A stretch of 59,042 nucleotides of DNA, filler included, from Porpidia crustulata (GCA_964255105.1; 7 parts of 7 records of this genome joined end to end with filler, not necessarily neighbours in it); one strand, 5' to 3'; positions 36,932 through 50,722 are shown, numbered from the whole stretch's first letter. Numbers and translations are program-made. The notes: generated by a model from the sequence alone, not told the origin.

Positions 36932-38470
36932 TCAGAGGCTTGAGAAATTAATATACTCGGGAGCCATAGCAATATGGATTCCCGGTTGAATTAACATCCT
37001 AAGCGAATGGATGCTGGGTTGTTCCTCTTCATACTGGAAAATTAGCACTTGGATCGGATCAAGAACTACTGTCATCGAAGATATGAGCACATGTATGGCA
37101 TGCTGAGACATAGGACTCACTTGCTTACTATTCATGGATGTGAAAATCGCATGACATGTCTGTTAACCGCCAAGCGCAAATCGCGAGACACGAGCGTATA
37201 GCCGCACATCGCATAAACCTTTAACATAAACATTATGGCTATGCTATTAAACCCCACATGGAGGAACATATCACTGGTACTGGAGTCCTAAGGTTGAAGA
37301 AGCTTGTCGTCGGCGTAGGGGTCTATCTCCCACCCAGATCAAAGACTGCCAAAATAAGTCACATGGGTTTCTTAGAGGCCATTGGGCAACTACACGGCTT
37401 GTCTAACCGTAGACGCGACTGTCGCAATAAAACGGTACAGCGCAAGCATTGATTTATTTTGGGCACCGATGAAGCTGATCTTCCGAAGAAGGCGCCAGGC
37501 GTGCAAGCTATTCCCGCCCAAGTACTTAAGCAGAATCTCCTATACTACGGCCATCGCTGAACGTCAGACCTGTCCAGAACTCAAGCATAGTTTATGATTG
37601 CCTATTATTCTCACTCCATCCTACGTCATTATTACCCTGTCCGCTGTCAAAGTCTAAGGTGCGGTTTCTTGGGTCGTCGCCATTGAGTTCGCAACAACCC
37701 AGTCAAACGCTTTGAGGTTAACATCGTGTAGAGCTCTGATTAGTCACTATGAATCTTACTATCATCATGGGTCTCTTTGCTGGCCTAGGTCTGGCATCGA
37801 CCTTCCGCAGAGACGCTTCGTTTCCAGAATGTGGTGTTCGTACCGTCCCGATTACCTTTGTGGGGGAGTCTCGGCATTAATATTGACTAAACACGCAGAA
37901 AGCATGTGTTAATGCAAAGCTTCAAAAGACGACCACAACGGGATGTGCCGCTGGTGCTTCAGCACTACTGTGTCTCTGCTCGTCGGTCAATCTAGAGAAT
38001 GAGGTGCTCAGCTGTATGAAAGCTTCCTGCCCCAGGAAAGTCGATGCCCAAGCTGTTTCTGCCTTTTTGGACCTCTTTTGTCAAGGTTAGTCGATTCTGA
38101 TCTGTATCATCTGGAGAGAAACAAATGATGACCTTTGTCGTGCAGGGGCATATTCTGAGGACGCTGCGCGCGCTGACGGTGAATATGGGAACGGATATCC
38201 TGCGAGTGTGGCGTCTTATTCCTCATACGCAAGCGCGACGGCACGCTACACAGTTAGTACGCCAGCAGTGTCGACAAGCTTTAGGAATTTTTGATCACAA
38301 AATCTGCCTTGGTAGTCTGAAAAGTCTAGTTCAAATGAATAGGCTATTCGCCCTGCTCTTTTCGACATCAGATGCCGGAAAGGCTTCATTTGGCTGTTCC
38401 ACAAACACTGCTGGGATGAGTGTATCTTATCGCACTGGATATACCGGGACATGACATTGTGGAATGAATT
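36932..38470 (-). pseudogene. Possible heavily decayed Zn2Cys6 transcription factor relic
   Basis: Frameshifted PQCHV/RYIQCDKIHSSQQCL resembles CxxC..KCDKxxPCxxC. Downstream there are only weak fragments and many stops. Confidence 0.25.
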
Positions 38471-39167
38471 GGCGAAGTTCTAAAAGCTATGGCTGCAGGA
38501 CCTCGGAACCATGCGCCATCTCCCAGGGATTGGTTGCATTAGGTAGTTGCGCATCATGATGATATATGGATCCGAAGAGACTTTTGATGCATGCATGTGA
38601 CCTCGCGACACCATCCTCAAAAACAGGTACCTTGCTTCATCATTCGAGACCCCTACCGTCTTTCAAGGCAAGGAAAGAAGTCTCTATGTCTCTTAATTTA
38701 CCGAAGCTTGATAATAAAGCTTGGTTTGATTGATAGGTTGAGGGTGGGCTTCCTATGCAACAACGGCGTTGGCGGTAAGCACTAAGGCAGCACTAACATG
38801 ATTCGAGAAGGTGGTTCAACTTTCAGGAACAACACCTTGCTCGACGAGAAGCAATAGTTCGTTCCGTTACATCATGTTATCTGCACTCTCCGAGCTACAT
38901 TGCACACAAGCTCCCTCTTGATTTACATCAATGAAGCCACTTTCGCTACTACTACTTCTTACGGATTTCCGTGCTTCCCCTCACTTGAAGGCGCGGTGAA
39001 CATGTCGATGCTCCGAATCATGGCTTCTCCGCAGCTCATGGAGTATATAGCAGGCTGTCCGCACTTTCTGCTATGTGTCTGTAATTGCGCTTCGAGGGCT
39101 GTCATTCCCCGCACTTCTTTCTCTTGCCTTTTCCTCTCGCGATCCAAACTCGTGGTCACTTGACATC

Positions 39168-41066
39168 ATGTTAGGACGTTCCGTGTGTGCAGCTTTTGCC
39201 GCTTGCGCGGTTTTCCTCGATGGAACATCTGCCCATGATTACGGCCGACTTGGCCAAATTGCTCGCAGAGGACCAGAACGGGCCGCCAAGCTGGCCCAGG
39301 CCGAACAGGCAGAAAGAATGAAGCCTCGCGCCAAAGACTTTCGATTCAACAGCGAAGCTGCTGCGAGTCAGTCTAAGAGCCATTAGGCTGCAGATACAAT
39401 CGCTAACGGGTGTTACTTTATCCAGAGTACCGCGTCAGTTCCTTGCCCGAAGTTCCTTTTGACATCGGCGAGATGTACTCGGGTTTGGTGCCCATTGATA
39501 TGAAAAATGCCTCCAGGGCTTTGTTCTTTGTCTTTCAACCAAAGACTGAAGGGCCACCAGTTGATGAGATAACTATATGGTATTCAACTGGCCTGATCTG
39601 GCGCAGTCCGTGTCGCGTTGAAGCTAACCATCGAATAGGATGAATGGTGGTCCTGGATGCTCATCTATGGAGGGATTTTTCCAGGAAAATGGCAAGTTTC
39701 TTTGGAAACCTGGAACTTTCCGAGTAGGTCTATATATTCCAGCTTTCTCCTGATGGCAGTCCTAATTCGACTCGATGATAGCCTACAGTAAATCCATATT
39801 CCTGGACCAATCTTACCAATATGCTTTGGGTTGAGCAGCCGGTTGGAACTGGATTCTCGATCGGAGAGGTCACTGCTACCAGCGAAGAGGAAATTGCGCA
39901 AGACTTTATCAAGTTTTTCAAGAACTTTCAGGTGCTTTTTGGAATCAAGAAATTCAAGATTTACGTTAGCGGCGAATCGTACGCAGGACGGTATGTTCCA
40001 TATATCTCTGCTGCCATGCTGGACGCAAAGGACAAGAACTACTACGATGTCCAAGGTAAACCCTATTGTCGTTCTGTGAATCTTGGTCGAGCTAATTATT
40101 GTAACGAAGGTGCTCTTGTTTATGATCCTGTAATTGGTCAATTTGTCTACGCCCAGGAAGAAGTCCCTATTGTGCCCTTTGTCCAGGCAAATAACAACAT
40201 GTTTGGCTTCAACCAGTCTTTCCTGGCCGAGCTTGAAAGCCTCGATAAGTCGTGCGGATATGCTGCCTACCGGGAGAAGTACTTTACCTTCCCCGCGTCC
40301 GGTGTTCAACCGCCGGTGTATTTTAATTACACCAGCCAAGCTGCGTGCGACGTTTTTAGCATGGTAGATCAATTCGCCTTTGAGACAAACCCATGCTTTG
40401 ACGTCTACGAGATAAATCAGCAATGGCGAGTTCCATCCTTCTTACCCCAACGACAGCTTGGACTAGTCGCTAACAAGAGATGCCAGTCCACTTCTATGGG
40501 ACGTCCTCAGCTTCGTTACCCAACTCGTCTACACCCCCGATGGTGCAGACACCTACTTCAACCGCGCCGACGTCAAAAAAGCCATGCATGCCCCTGCATC
40601 CGTCACTTGGGCCGAATGCTCCGTCAAACCTGTTCTCATCGCGGACGGCGGGCCCGAACAAGGAGAAGGCGATTTTTCCGCCGACCCCATCCAAAAGGTC
40701 CTCCCCCAAGTCATCGAGGCTACCAACCGCGTCCTCGTCAGCAACGGCGACTATGATATGATCATCTTGACCAATGGGACCCTGTTGGCCATCCAAAACA
40801 TGACATGGCATGGCACGCTGGGCTTCAAAGAGGCGCCGTCGCAGGTGATCGATATCAAGACTCCCGACCTAGAGTACCCCGCGGTTTTTGCGGCGAACGG
40901 GGCGACGGGGTACGATGGTCCACAGGGGATCATGGGCATACAGCACTATGAGCGAGGCCTCATGTGGGCACAGTCGTATCTGGCCGGGCACATGCAGCCG
41001 GAATTCCAGGGACGGCTTACGTATCGCCATATCCAATGGGTGTTGGGGCATATTGAAACCCTCTGA
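39168..41066 (+). CDS. Secreted serine carboxypeptidase (peptidase S10), multi-exon
   Basis: Signal peptide, [26 protein letters not shown] (Ser), NGDYD (Asp), AGHMQP (His). Confidence 0.93.
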
Positions 41067-41647
41067 GAAGCTAGCGTAGGATCAGCCGCCTGACGAGTCC
41101 CGATGTCATACAAGCACTGTCGCTGTCACCGGATGTTATGAAAAAACCACTCACCCCATCTAAAGTCCTATGCACCTCTTGGTGTGGTATAATATCGACG
41201 GTCGAAAAAAGAGATCCAAGTTAGTGATAATAAAAATTTGTAAACTAAACTAACACATTACTTAATTCGAGTTACGCAACGAAAGCTAGTAACCTCTTCA
41301 CCCCTTTAAAATACGAGCAGATAAGGAACACTCAAGTCTCACTGTAGCACGAACATCAACCAATACGCCCAGTCTTATGATACCTCGCCTCAATTGACCA
41401 GTAATTCTCTGACGCCAAGCGTATCGCGTCTCTCGTCTCTTAATCTTGTGCAAGATTCTCTTTCTCGGTCTGGCAACTTCGTCGGAGTGAGCCTCGGTCG
41501 CTCTTCCCCTGTGTGTATTCCTCTCTAAACCATGTGCGCCATATCTTGCCAATCCCTTGGCTGTCCTTTATTTCACTGTCTATACATCAGTCTACGAATT
41601 CCTCTTGATCGCCTCTACGTCTGCAATCCCTCCGTCCGGAAAAAATC

Positions 41648-42200
41648 ATGCGTCTCTTTACTCTTGTTCTACTCCTTCTCCCGGCCGCCATTACGGCGCA
41701 GTCTACACCTTTGACAGCATGTCTTGCTCGCTCCTCTATCCCATTCTCCTCTCCATCGTCCCCGAATTTTCACAATCTCAGCCAACCCTACAATCTCCGT
41801 CTACCCTATAGGCCTGCCGCAATCGTCCTGCCCACGATTCCCGTCCAGATTTCTGCCACTATTAGATGCGCCGCAAGTGCGGGCGTGAAAGTGCAGGCAA
41901 GGAGTGGGGGACATAGTTATGGGAGCTTTGGGTTGGGAGGGGCGAACGGAGCTGTGGTTGTTGATTTGAGGTGGGTGAGCTTGGAGTCCGTGTGATTGTG
42001 GGGTTTGTCTCTGAGATATGGGGAATATGAAACGATTTCTCTGTCGAGATATCTTGATAACCAAATATTCCAATTCAAGACGGCAATGCTAATTCGCTTA
42101 CATGTAGCTCGTTTCAGAGCATCTCCGTCGACGGGACGGGCGTTGCGAAGGTGGGAGGAGGTGTGAGATTGGGGAATTTGGCCCTGGGGTTGAACAATTC
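41648..42200 (+). CDS. Secreted FAD-linked oxidase (BBE-like/AA7-type), 3' truncated
   Basis: Signal peptide, PAAIVLP, ARSGGHSY covalent-FAD motif, then KVGGGVRLG after an intron. Confidence 0.85.
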
Positions 42201-42300
42201 NNNNNNNNNNNNNNNNNNNNNNNNNNNNNNNNNNNNNNNNNNNNTTAATTAATTAANNNNNNNNNNNNNNNNNNNNNNNNNNNNNNNNNNNNNNNNNNNN
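42201..42300. other. Artificial contig linker
   Basis: N run with central TTAATTAATTAA. Confidence 0.99.
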
Positions 42301-42374
42301 CCCCTATCCCAACCCTAACCATATACACGTGAAAGATCATTGTGACAAACGCCCCCAGATCACACAATTCCTTT

Positions 42375-44038
42375 TTAGTGGCCGCCAATTTGACCTTTGG
42401 GGATGGGTTTGATCCAGCTGAGCCCGAGGTTGATGGCGATGGTGATGACGCCGATGATCCAGAATACCTTGCCGTAGTTCTTGCCGTTGTATCGGAAGAT
42501 GATGGCGAAGATGATTCCGCCCAGGTTTCCACAGGCGCCGGTGACGCCGGATACGATTCCTGAAAAACATGGGTCAGCTGAATATTATGCAAGCCGCGCA
42601 GTGGGGAGGAGCATACCGTTGGCGTGCGGGTGCACATGCGGCACGAGGGAAAAGTTAGCGCCGTTGCCGGCTTCGAGGAAGAGGGCCATGCCTGCGACCA
42701 GGCCGAACATGGTGCTTTTGTTGTGCGAGTCGGTGAGACCGATAGCGATGAGGAACGCTCCGGTGATGACGGCGAGGCCATGGATGAGGTATTTCTTGCC
42801 CCACACGCTGGTCCTCTTGTAGAGGAAGTCGGATGTAACACCGCCAAAGGGCCGGAAGAAGATATTGAGCAGCCCGAACATTGCGGCCCAGTTGCCGGTG
42901 CCGGTCTGTCCGAGCTTAGGGAAATTCTTGATGTAGTATGCGCCGAGGATGGAGTTGACTGCCAACTCGGCTCCGAAGGAGCAGAAATAGCATCCAGCGG
43001 TCACGAGTGTTTGCAGGGAGAAAACCACGGTCATTGCTTCTTTGAAAGTGGGCTTTACGACGATCTCACCACGAGCAGTCTCCAGCATTGCCTGCTCGCC
43101 AATCTGAGCTTCGTGGTCAAAGGTACCGGCAGTCTTGGCACTAGCGTCAAAGACCATTTTTCCTTGGGTGCTCTCGTGCGATGGGCTTTCCGATCCCGGT
43201 GAGTGGCTTTTCTTGTCAGTGAATTCACCCGGAATATCGACGACATCTCCGGTGATTCCATGAGATTGAAGGTTGTGCTGCGCTGCCAAATGTCGCTCGC
43301 TCCATTTACCGGTGGGGGTGTCAGGGCACACTATCAGCATAGCAATCGCGGTGACGGTAATAATAATGAACGGTACGATAAAGGCCACCCTCCATGCAAC
43401 ATGGGGCGTGAGGTGACGCTTTTGTACAAGAGAGTCGAAGATGGCAGGCATCAAAAAGTAGGTGATCCCACCTCCCGAATTGCCAAAACCTCCGGTCAAG
43501 GCATTCGCAGTCCCGACGATATTCTTGTCGAAGAATCCAGTTGACCAGACCTGACATGGCACAAAACTACCACCGAGTATACCAACGAAAAACCGAAGAG
43601 CCATCAATTCTCTCGCGTTGTGGATTGTGCCCGCGAGCGCGGTAGGAATCGAGCCGACAAGAAGGCATCCCGCAAAGGTGTATCGAGGTCCAAAGCGATC
43701 GCAAGCCGGCCCCGCTACCAGTCGCACGAGAAGTGTGGCCACGAGGGAGATGATGTTGGAATTGGCGATGTCAGTTTGCGAAAGCTTCAAGTCTTTGGCG
43801 ATGGTAACACTGAGCTGTTTGCGGGATTAGACTGAGGTTTCGTCACACTTCAAGGTGCTGAGGATCTTACCAATGGTGGAAACGCATACCATGACCAAAA
43901 CGCGACAAAGAAACCAAACCAGGCGAACGAGAACACACGGCCGTACATATTGATGGGGTTGAAGCCAGGAATCGATCGAGCCTTACGGTTGACCGGGTTG
44001 ACCTCAGGGGCCCTCCATAGGATTGTAACATCAAACAT
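42375..44038 (-). CDS. nrtA: High-affinity nitrate transporter (NRT2/NNP family), multi-exon
   Basis: [18 protein letters not shown]-terminus, nitrate signature [14 protein letters not shown], conserved Arg in LVRL and FFRPFGG, GNGANF; ends IPKGQIGGH*. Confidence 0.95.
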
Positions 44039-44277
44039 GATGGGCAGAATATAGACAGATAAGAAGTAGCCCAAGGAATCGACCACAGGTAGAGTCAAAC
44101 AACGGAATGGAAAATATATATGATGTACTGAATTGCAGGGAAGTGGGAAACACGCGGAAAGTCGAGATGGTTATATAGAGAAGATGGTGTTTCGAATAGC
44201 ACGGGCCCCACAGGCATGAAATGCTTCTCCGACGATCCTCTCAATCCCGTGCAAGACGTCCCATATGCACAGGAAGT

Positions 44278-45300
44278 TTATCCGCGGACGATCTCTTGAT
44301 TAGTTCCCCACACACCAGAATAGGACGATTTAGAGGCCCATGGTGGACGAATGAGTTAGTCGCTTGGCCTGATAAGGGTAGCTTCACACCATCGAGCGAC
44401 TTGTGCTTGCTAAAATAGACGACCTTGATTTGAAATTTCGAATATTTAGAGTAACAACGTGGGCCTCGATCTGTGCATGAGCGCACCGCACGGAAATCTG
44501 TGCGATGATGATGATGGCATGCGCGGAGAAGCTTCTAACCTGCATATATGTGCACATTGGAGGCTTCGAGCGGCGGAGCATGACAGGGTGACAGGGTGGA
44601 TGTCGTGTCCCGAGTGCGTGTGGCAGCTGTGCACGCCAAGGTCTCAGTCGAGACCCAAGTCAAGGGTAAAAGAGGACAGTCAGCGTGAACAGACGGCCAA
44701 TCAATGTGAATAGACTCTTATCAGTCCACTTTGTCGATTCGCGCCAAGACCCAAGATTTCATTCGTTGCGTGTTGGGGGTTGGGAAAGTCTTATCTTTCG
44801 ATGGGTCGAGGGTCGTCCCGAAATGGATATCAGGCCTGTATCTCTTATCAGCAACCCGGTCGATATTTTCACGTCAGCCTGTTCCTCTTGCCCACTCTCC
44901 CACTCTGCCGCTCTATCTATATGTATCTCCGGTGTCCCGCGGACAGCGACGGTCAAGTACTGATGAGGAAGACATGAGTACAGTGTCTCGACTCCGTACG
45001 CAGTTAGTAGCCCTTCGTGCGGCGGCTGTATGTCCTTTTTTCGCGCATGCTTTTCTCCGAAGCAACTGGCAGTTCACATGCAAGGTACCGAGTGCTTTCT
45101 GTTCATAACCGATCTTGACGCATGATTGAATCTGGCGAAGACGGCGATCATCCACTCGATCGGAATTTCCATGATGTCGAAGAGCAATAACAGATGTGGT
45201 AGGCCGACGACCTACACGACTATCGTGTGGTTGAGATAAGGGAGTCGTTGGTTAGCCTAAGCGTCGCCCAAACCGGCTCGGCCCATCCTCCTCTTATCTT
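44278..45300. promoter_or_regulatory. NIT4/NirA-type and AreA/NIT2 GATA sites upstream of the nitrate transporter
   Basis: TCCGCGGA at 44281-44288 and a near match CCCGCGGA around 44936-44943. HGATAA sites on either strand near 44370, 44718, 44791, 44845, 45234 and 45294. Confidence 0.65.
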
Positions 45301-45715
45301 TCGCCAAGCACGCCAATAAGACAAGACCAACATCAAAAACAAAGCATTTTAGTCCACCCACCTATTTCCCGACACAATGGCAATCAGCTGTCAGGAACGA
45401 ATGGATGAGATCTCTACAGATCGATCGCTCGAGGTTACCGATGTTAGTGGCGTTGTGGAATCGGGCTTTGACTGAGTGGGCTTCTGGGTTACGACAGATC
45501 TATGACCGGTGTTGTCGAGCACTAAGTCAAGTTGGGTTTTACCACCGTTGTTTCCCACGGGCACCATACCATTGGGTTATAGACACTTTTCCACTCTGGA
45601 CTTCCCGTGCTGTCCTCGGGTCGTGGGCTTATCGCAGTGAAGTCACTTGATTGAGATCATAGACACGCTGTGATGAGGGCATTCGAGAGTCCTTCTGGGC
45701 CGGGAGTTCGACCTT

Positions 45716-47495
45716 CTACCAACCGCGCCATCTCACCCACACGTCTATAATCTCATCCTTGCGACCTTCTGGTAAATTCGAATCTACAACGAGATACCAT
45801 CCGAAACCTGCGCCTGCTATACACGCATGGTTTGGCCATATCCTGATCTTCTGTCCAACACCCAATTTCTCGGGGTTCGGGGCATTCGGTGATAGAGTTG
45901 GATCATGCCTGGCATTCGAATCTTGTGTCAAGATTCCATGCTCCTGGCTGATCCTTCCCACCTTCCAGCCGGATGGCCCATCACTGTTCTGAAGAGCCAT
46001 ACCCCAGTTGCTAACAACTCCCCAGCCATCGTAGGTCCTGCATGGCTCGCGACCGAGTGCCAAAGAACCGGCCGCAATCAATGCTTCCGGGACTTCTCGA
46101 TCATTGTATATGCTCGCTACCTCAGCAAGGACAGTCAGTGCTATGTCAGCTGTTGACAAGTCCTGTTGCATATCCATTATGGTGTTGATCCTTGCTGAAG
46201 GGCTGGCATGCGTTGACACCTGCTGCATGTCTAGTATGGGGTAAACTCCCGCGTGGATTTCAATCGTGTGTGTCCCTTTCACGTATTCAATATAATTTTG
46301 AAGCTTCACTGATTGCTCATCCGCGGTGTTCCCTTCCTCGTTGCCGGCCTTCATACCCAAGTTCTGGATCGAGGTTGCAGTAGGTGTCGCGCCAACGGAG
46401 AGAAGGTACCGCCTGTCGGATGCCCCTATCTTCACGTCTCTTACTTTGTCTGCGGCAGCCTTTAGTCCTTCGATTTCCTGTATCAGTAATGACATGGCGG
46501 CATCTGCGGATGTACCACCGTAACTGTGACCGGCCTTGCAACATTCCAGCGTTAGAACTGCTTTCCCAGAGTCGAGCTATGAAACACGGATCTCGCCTGG
46601 AAATTAAGTACTACTGCAAAATGCATAATATCTCATGATTCTCCGGATGTATGAAATATGAGTCACGCACATGGCTGTAAAATCCACATAACTTGCCATC
46701 GCCAACTGGTTCAACTTCTTCTAAGATACTCTTCACAAGTGCTTGAAACTCGGGTGATGCAGTCGTTAGCCCAGCACGGCCATACCCTGTGTCAATCTTC
46801 ATGAAAATTTTGCAGCTGAAGCCAGCAGTTTCCCTGAAGCTGCGGAGTGATTGCAGCTGAGGGACACTGTCAATTAGAACGCTTATGCTTCCTTTACCTA
46901 GACGTTGTCCCAATTGACCTAGTCGCCCTGCCTGTGACGGAGGTAGAGGGATTCCGTGGAGTACCTGGTACGCTTGTGAACCACAACCCGGGATTTGATG
47001 CATACAAAGATACAGGCCGTACATTTACAGTATTCCCTCGTTCCTTGCACTGAAGAAGATAATCCTCAAGACGTTTCGCTTCAGCAACGGTTGAAACAAT
47101 GATGTTAACCTCACGAGTAGATTCTCCCACTTGTAACTGGGTAACCTCAACGGTCTTGAGTCCAAAGTATTAGTCGGACGGCAAGGTTCATGCCCTGCAA
47201 ATCTCATGAGGGTGATGAAATCATAAATCGTCATTCAACGAGTTGAGCAAACGATAATCTCTGAATCGTTTCTAAGAAAAGCAGGAAAATCTACCTTGTG
47301 TGTTTTTACATGAGGTCGAAAGTTTACACCGAGAGACTCGCATGCCTTAAGCATCTGTGTACAATTACCCTTGATGATGGCTTGATCGAGGACTGCAGCC
47401 GGCGACGGCACGTCTCTCAAATTCTTCCCCACAAACGCATCCTGCAAAGATGCCTTGGAAGGACAGGGAAAGAAATCGTTGATGGTTGCAGCCAT
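45716..47495 (-). CDS. DSD1: D-serine dehydratase (fold-type III PLP enzyme), multi-exon
   Basis: FRPHVKTHK (PLP Lys), KIDTGYGRAG, FYSH, SVGATPT, EIHAGVY, SQEHGIL, WPNHACI (Zn His/Cys). Confidence 0.9.
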
Positions 47496-48355
47496 AATCT
47501 GTTCTTCTAGATCTAGCTATTGAGCTTTTCAGTAATTTCAAGGTCTAAATGTAGAGATTCATCGTCTGAGTAACTTACTTGACTTATTACCCCAGAGTTT
47601 GCGGGTGGTATTGCGGGCAAGGGCCCGTGGAGGACTAGAATGACGGGCCCTGGCTGTCGGAACACTGCACCATTAAGCAACCACGGCTCTTGTTCAAATG
47701 GTATGTCCTACGTTTGTGTCCATGTAGCGTTTCGATTCCCGAATGCTTGTCCTGAAGTAGACAGCCGTTGTCAAGCTCACCTGCAGTAGTCCTCGCCGTT
47801 TCCTGCGCTGAGCCGAAGAGAGCTAGGGTCCAGGCTATTTGGGGATTAGCGTCATCGGGTCCCTCGCTCTAATCTAATCAATCAGGATCAGGCTGTGTGA
47901 TTACTCGAGGGACTTACTGTTGGCTTCCATTTGGGGGCTGTAAACTGCCTCGTTGTACCTGCATTGGTTTCTTCGTGTTCATTACTCTCCATTCGTATAG
48001 GGGACACTTATGATATTTTGATTGTTAATGCTTCATAATCCTGCGCTATTGGCTACCAAAGTTGAAGGTGCATTCGAATGAAAACGCTTCGCTGTCGCAT
48101 CTGGCGACGCATCTCCAGCTTCAAACAAACGCGATGACATTGGTACTGGTCCGCTTGGTCATTTGAGTTCTTGACCATCACCACCCAGTATACGAAGGAT
48201 AATTGACTTGAATTTATCACAACAAGAACCAAGCAATTGTTCCCATTCCCCTTCAATCCGGAAGACACCATCACGGCATTGTCTTAGCAGCTCTGCAGCC
48301 GGCATCTGAAACAAAGAACCTGTGCCGCACAGCTAAGAGGGGAAACTAATTCAAC

Positions 48356-50622
48356 ATGGCCATTTCTATTCCATCGAACACCGAGTGGCATTCTTCCACC
48401 AGAATGTCAGACGTCGACAGCGATCCAGATTGCGAAATGGACAAGCCGCCAGTGCATCCGGTTCCGACCATGCAAGGTGCCTTTGAAGAGTCCATGTTGG
48501 AGACCATGAACGAAAGCGAGGATCCTGACTCTCAGGATCGTTTCTCCAAGGTGGACTCGGTAAGCAGACGCAAGATGCTCCTAGAGCAGGAGCAGTACGA
48601 GCGGACTGTTGCAGGCAGGTGGAAGCAGAAACCTGGGGAAAAATTCCATCCGCTCTGGAAACTTGTGGCGCAAATCTCATTTGGAATGCATCTTTTACAG
48701 CAACAGCTCGCCAAATCGGATGAAGAGGTCATCAAAATCCTCCAGACACATGTGGATGAGGTCGATGGCTTCCTGGAACGGACGACGGAAGATTTTGATC
48801 TAGGACAAAACGACATTGATGAACGGATACGATACTTGCGGTTGCCACTAGAGCATGGTCAAGTATTCGACCAGATGCTCAACGACCGTAATTTTCGAGT
48901 GGCAATCGTGGAAGGAAATGAGAAGATTGAGCACATCATTGATCGGACAGCGGCTGCTATGAATGACGCACTGAAAGATGTACAAAAGGGTTTAGATGCC
49001 ACGCGAGAGCTCGCTAAATACCTGACCAGGGTGGACAAGAAATGGGTCGACCGAACAGAAGAGCATGAGTCCGTATACCTAGCTATGATAGGGAACACCG
49101 AGGGGTGGACACGGGCATTCTTGACCCTTCAATCCAAAGGAAATACTCTGCGCAAAGCACTAGTCCAGCTTGGCACGATCGTGGCTGAAATGCAAAGAAG
49201 GGCAGGGGCAGCAAGTCGAAAGAATCTGGTGAGTTTAGTCCTGCGCGCGTTTTGCATCACATGACGTCTAAATGATGGGCAGGCTCCTCAAAGGTCGGTC
49301 CAAGGCAGATACTTCGTGAGCTCGCAGCCTGCGAGCCCTAACCCCCGGATGACTCCGCCCAGATCTCCGAACAAACCGTTACCGTACGCCCCGGAGAGAA
49401 ATGCACGACCCGCAGCGACGCCTGCAGCGCCTCAGCAGTATGCAAGAGCACGGCAAGCAAAGTCTCCCAATGGTCCGAGGCGAGTAGAACCCCCGACTCG
49501 GTTTGCGGAACGGCCTATGCAATCCAATAGGGTCGAAGAACTGAGGCGGACTGAAAGTCCGCAGCCAGCCATGCAAGCCCAGAGGCTAGTGTCAGAGCCA
49601 CGGATTCAGAGCTTAGAGCAACCAGTCACACGAAACCAAAGCCCACAGTCAGATGTCGCGCGAGCTCAAAGCCCAGCCTTAGTGGTACCCTTGAAGCTAG
49701 AGCACGAGCCAGAACCAAAGCAGGAGCCTGAGAAAGTTGAGGAGACGGAGGCAGTCGTAGTGGACAAACCACCAATTCCTGTCAGATCGTCTTCGCGCCG
49801 TGTATCATTCACTAAGCGCACCCGTTCGCTCACTCGCAGATTATCTTCAAAGGACCCTGATGAAAAGAACTCGTCGAAAGATGATCTTCCCATACAAGGC
49901 TCGTCCACTTGGCATTCCTCATCAGAGCGTTCGATTACCCCTACTCAAAGCCGTCCTTTCACGCCCCTACACCGACGGCTGTCATCCCGGAAAGCTCTGG
50001 GCATGAGCATGTCAACGTATTCTCAAAGCCCGGGTGAACCCCTCACTCGCGAGAATAGTCCACAACTACACTTTCCAACGGGAGGACCACTTCCCTCACA
50101 CAACTCATACGGGTCGATCTCGTTCCTACCGTTGCATCCACTACTGGCATCCTTACAGGATCCTTCAGACGTACTTGATGAGAGAGCACGACAGAGCGCG
50201 CATCAGAGATCAATGAGTGCCGAAACTACAAAGGAAAATCGATGGGTTTCACACACACGGCCAAACTCGGCGGAGAGCCCACGAAAGCCTCCAACGCCGG
50301 CGCCGCCTGTGGAAGAAGAGGACACCGAAGGAAGTGTCAATACCTCCCATCCCCTGCTACTCGAAGCCCGGCATACCAGATTCGCATCTGCACGGACGAA
50401 CCCGGGTACACCCGCGAGGATTCCTGGCAGGGATCTCCCCCTTCGTCACTACCACAGTCAAGACACCCTCGACTCAAATCGCAGATCCCTAAATGAAAAG
50501 GAGGTTTTCATTCCACCAAAACGGACCAGCTCTCTCCTGGAAAGAAGTAGTACCCATTCCCCACCGCCGACCGACTCCCTCTATCAAACGATAACCCAAT
50601 CTTCCACTACCCCCGCACCCCT
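48356..50622 (+). CDS. Hypothetical protein (N-terminal helical domain, Pro/Ser-rich tail), 3' truncated
   Basis: 302-aa and >430-aa ORFs joined by a GTGAGT..CAG intron near 49229-49282. Confidence 0.75.
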
Positions 50623-50722
50623 NNNNNNNNNNNNNNNNNNNNNNNNNNNNNNNNNNNNNNNNNNNNTTAATTAATTAANNNNNNNNNNNNNNNNNNNNNN
50701 NNNNNNNNNNNNNNNNNNNNNN
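50623..50722. other. Artificial contig linker
   Basis: N run with central TTAATTAATTAA. Confidence 0.99.

Noticed and set aside
15893..47495. Apparent nitrogen-scavenging cluster (nitrilase, peptidase, nitrate transporter, D-serine dehydratase)
   Set aside because: The genes lie on different contigs; only nrtA and DSD1 are truly adjacent.
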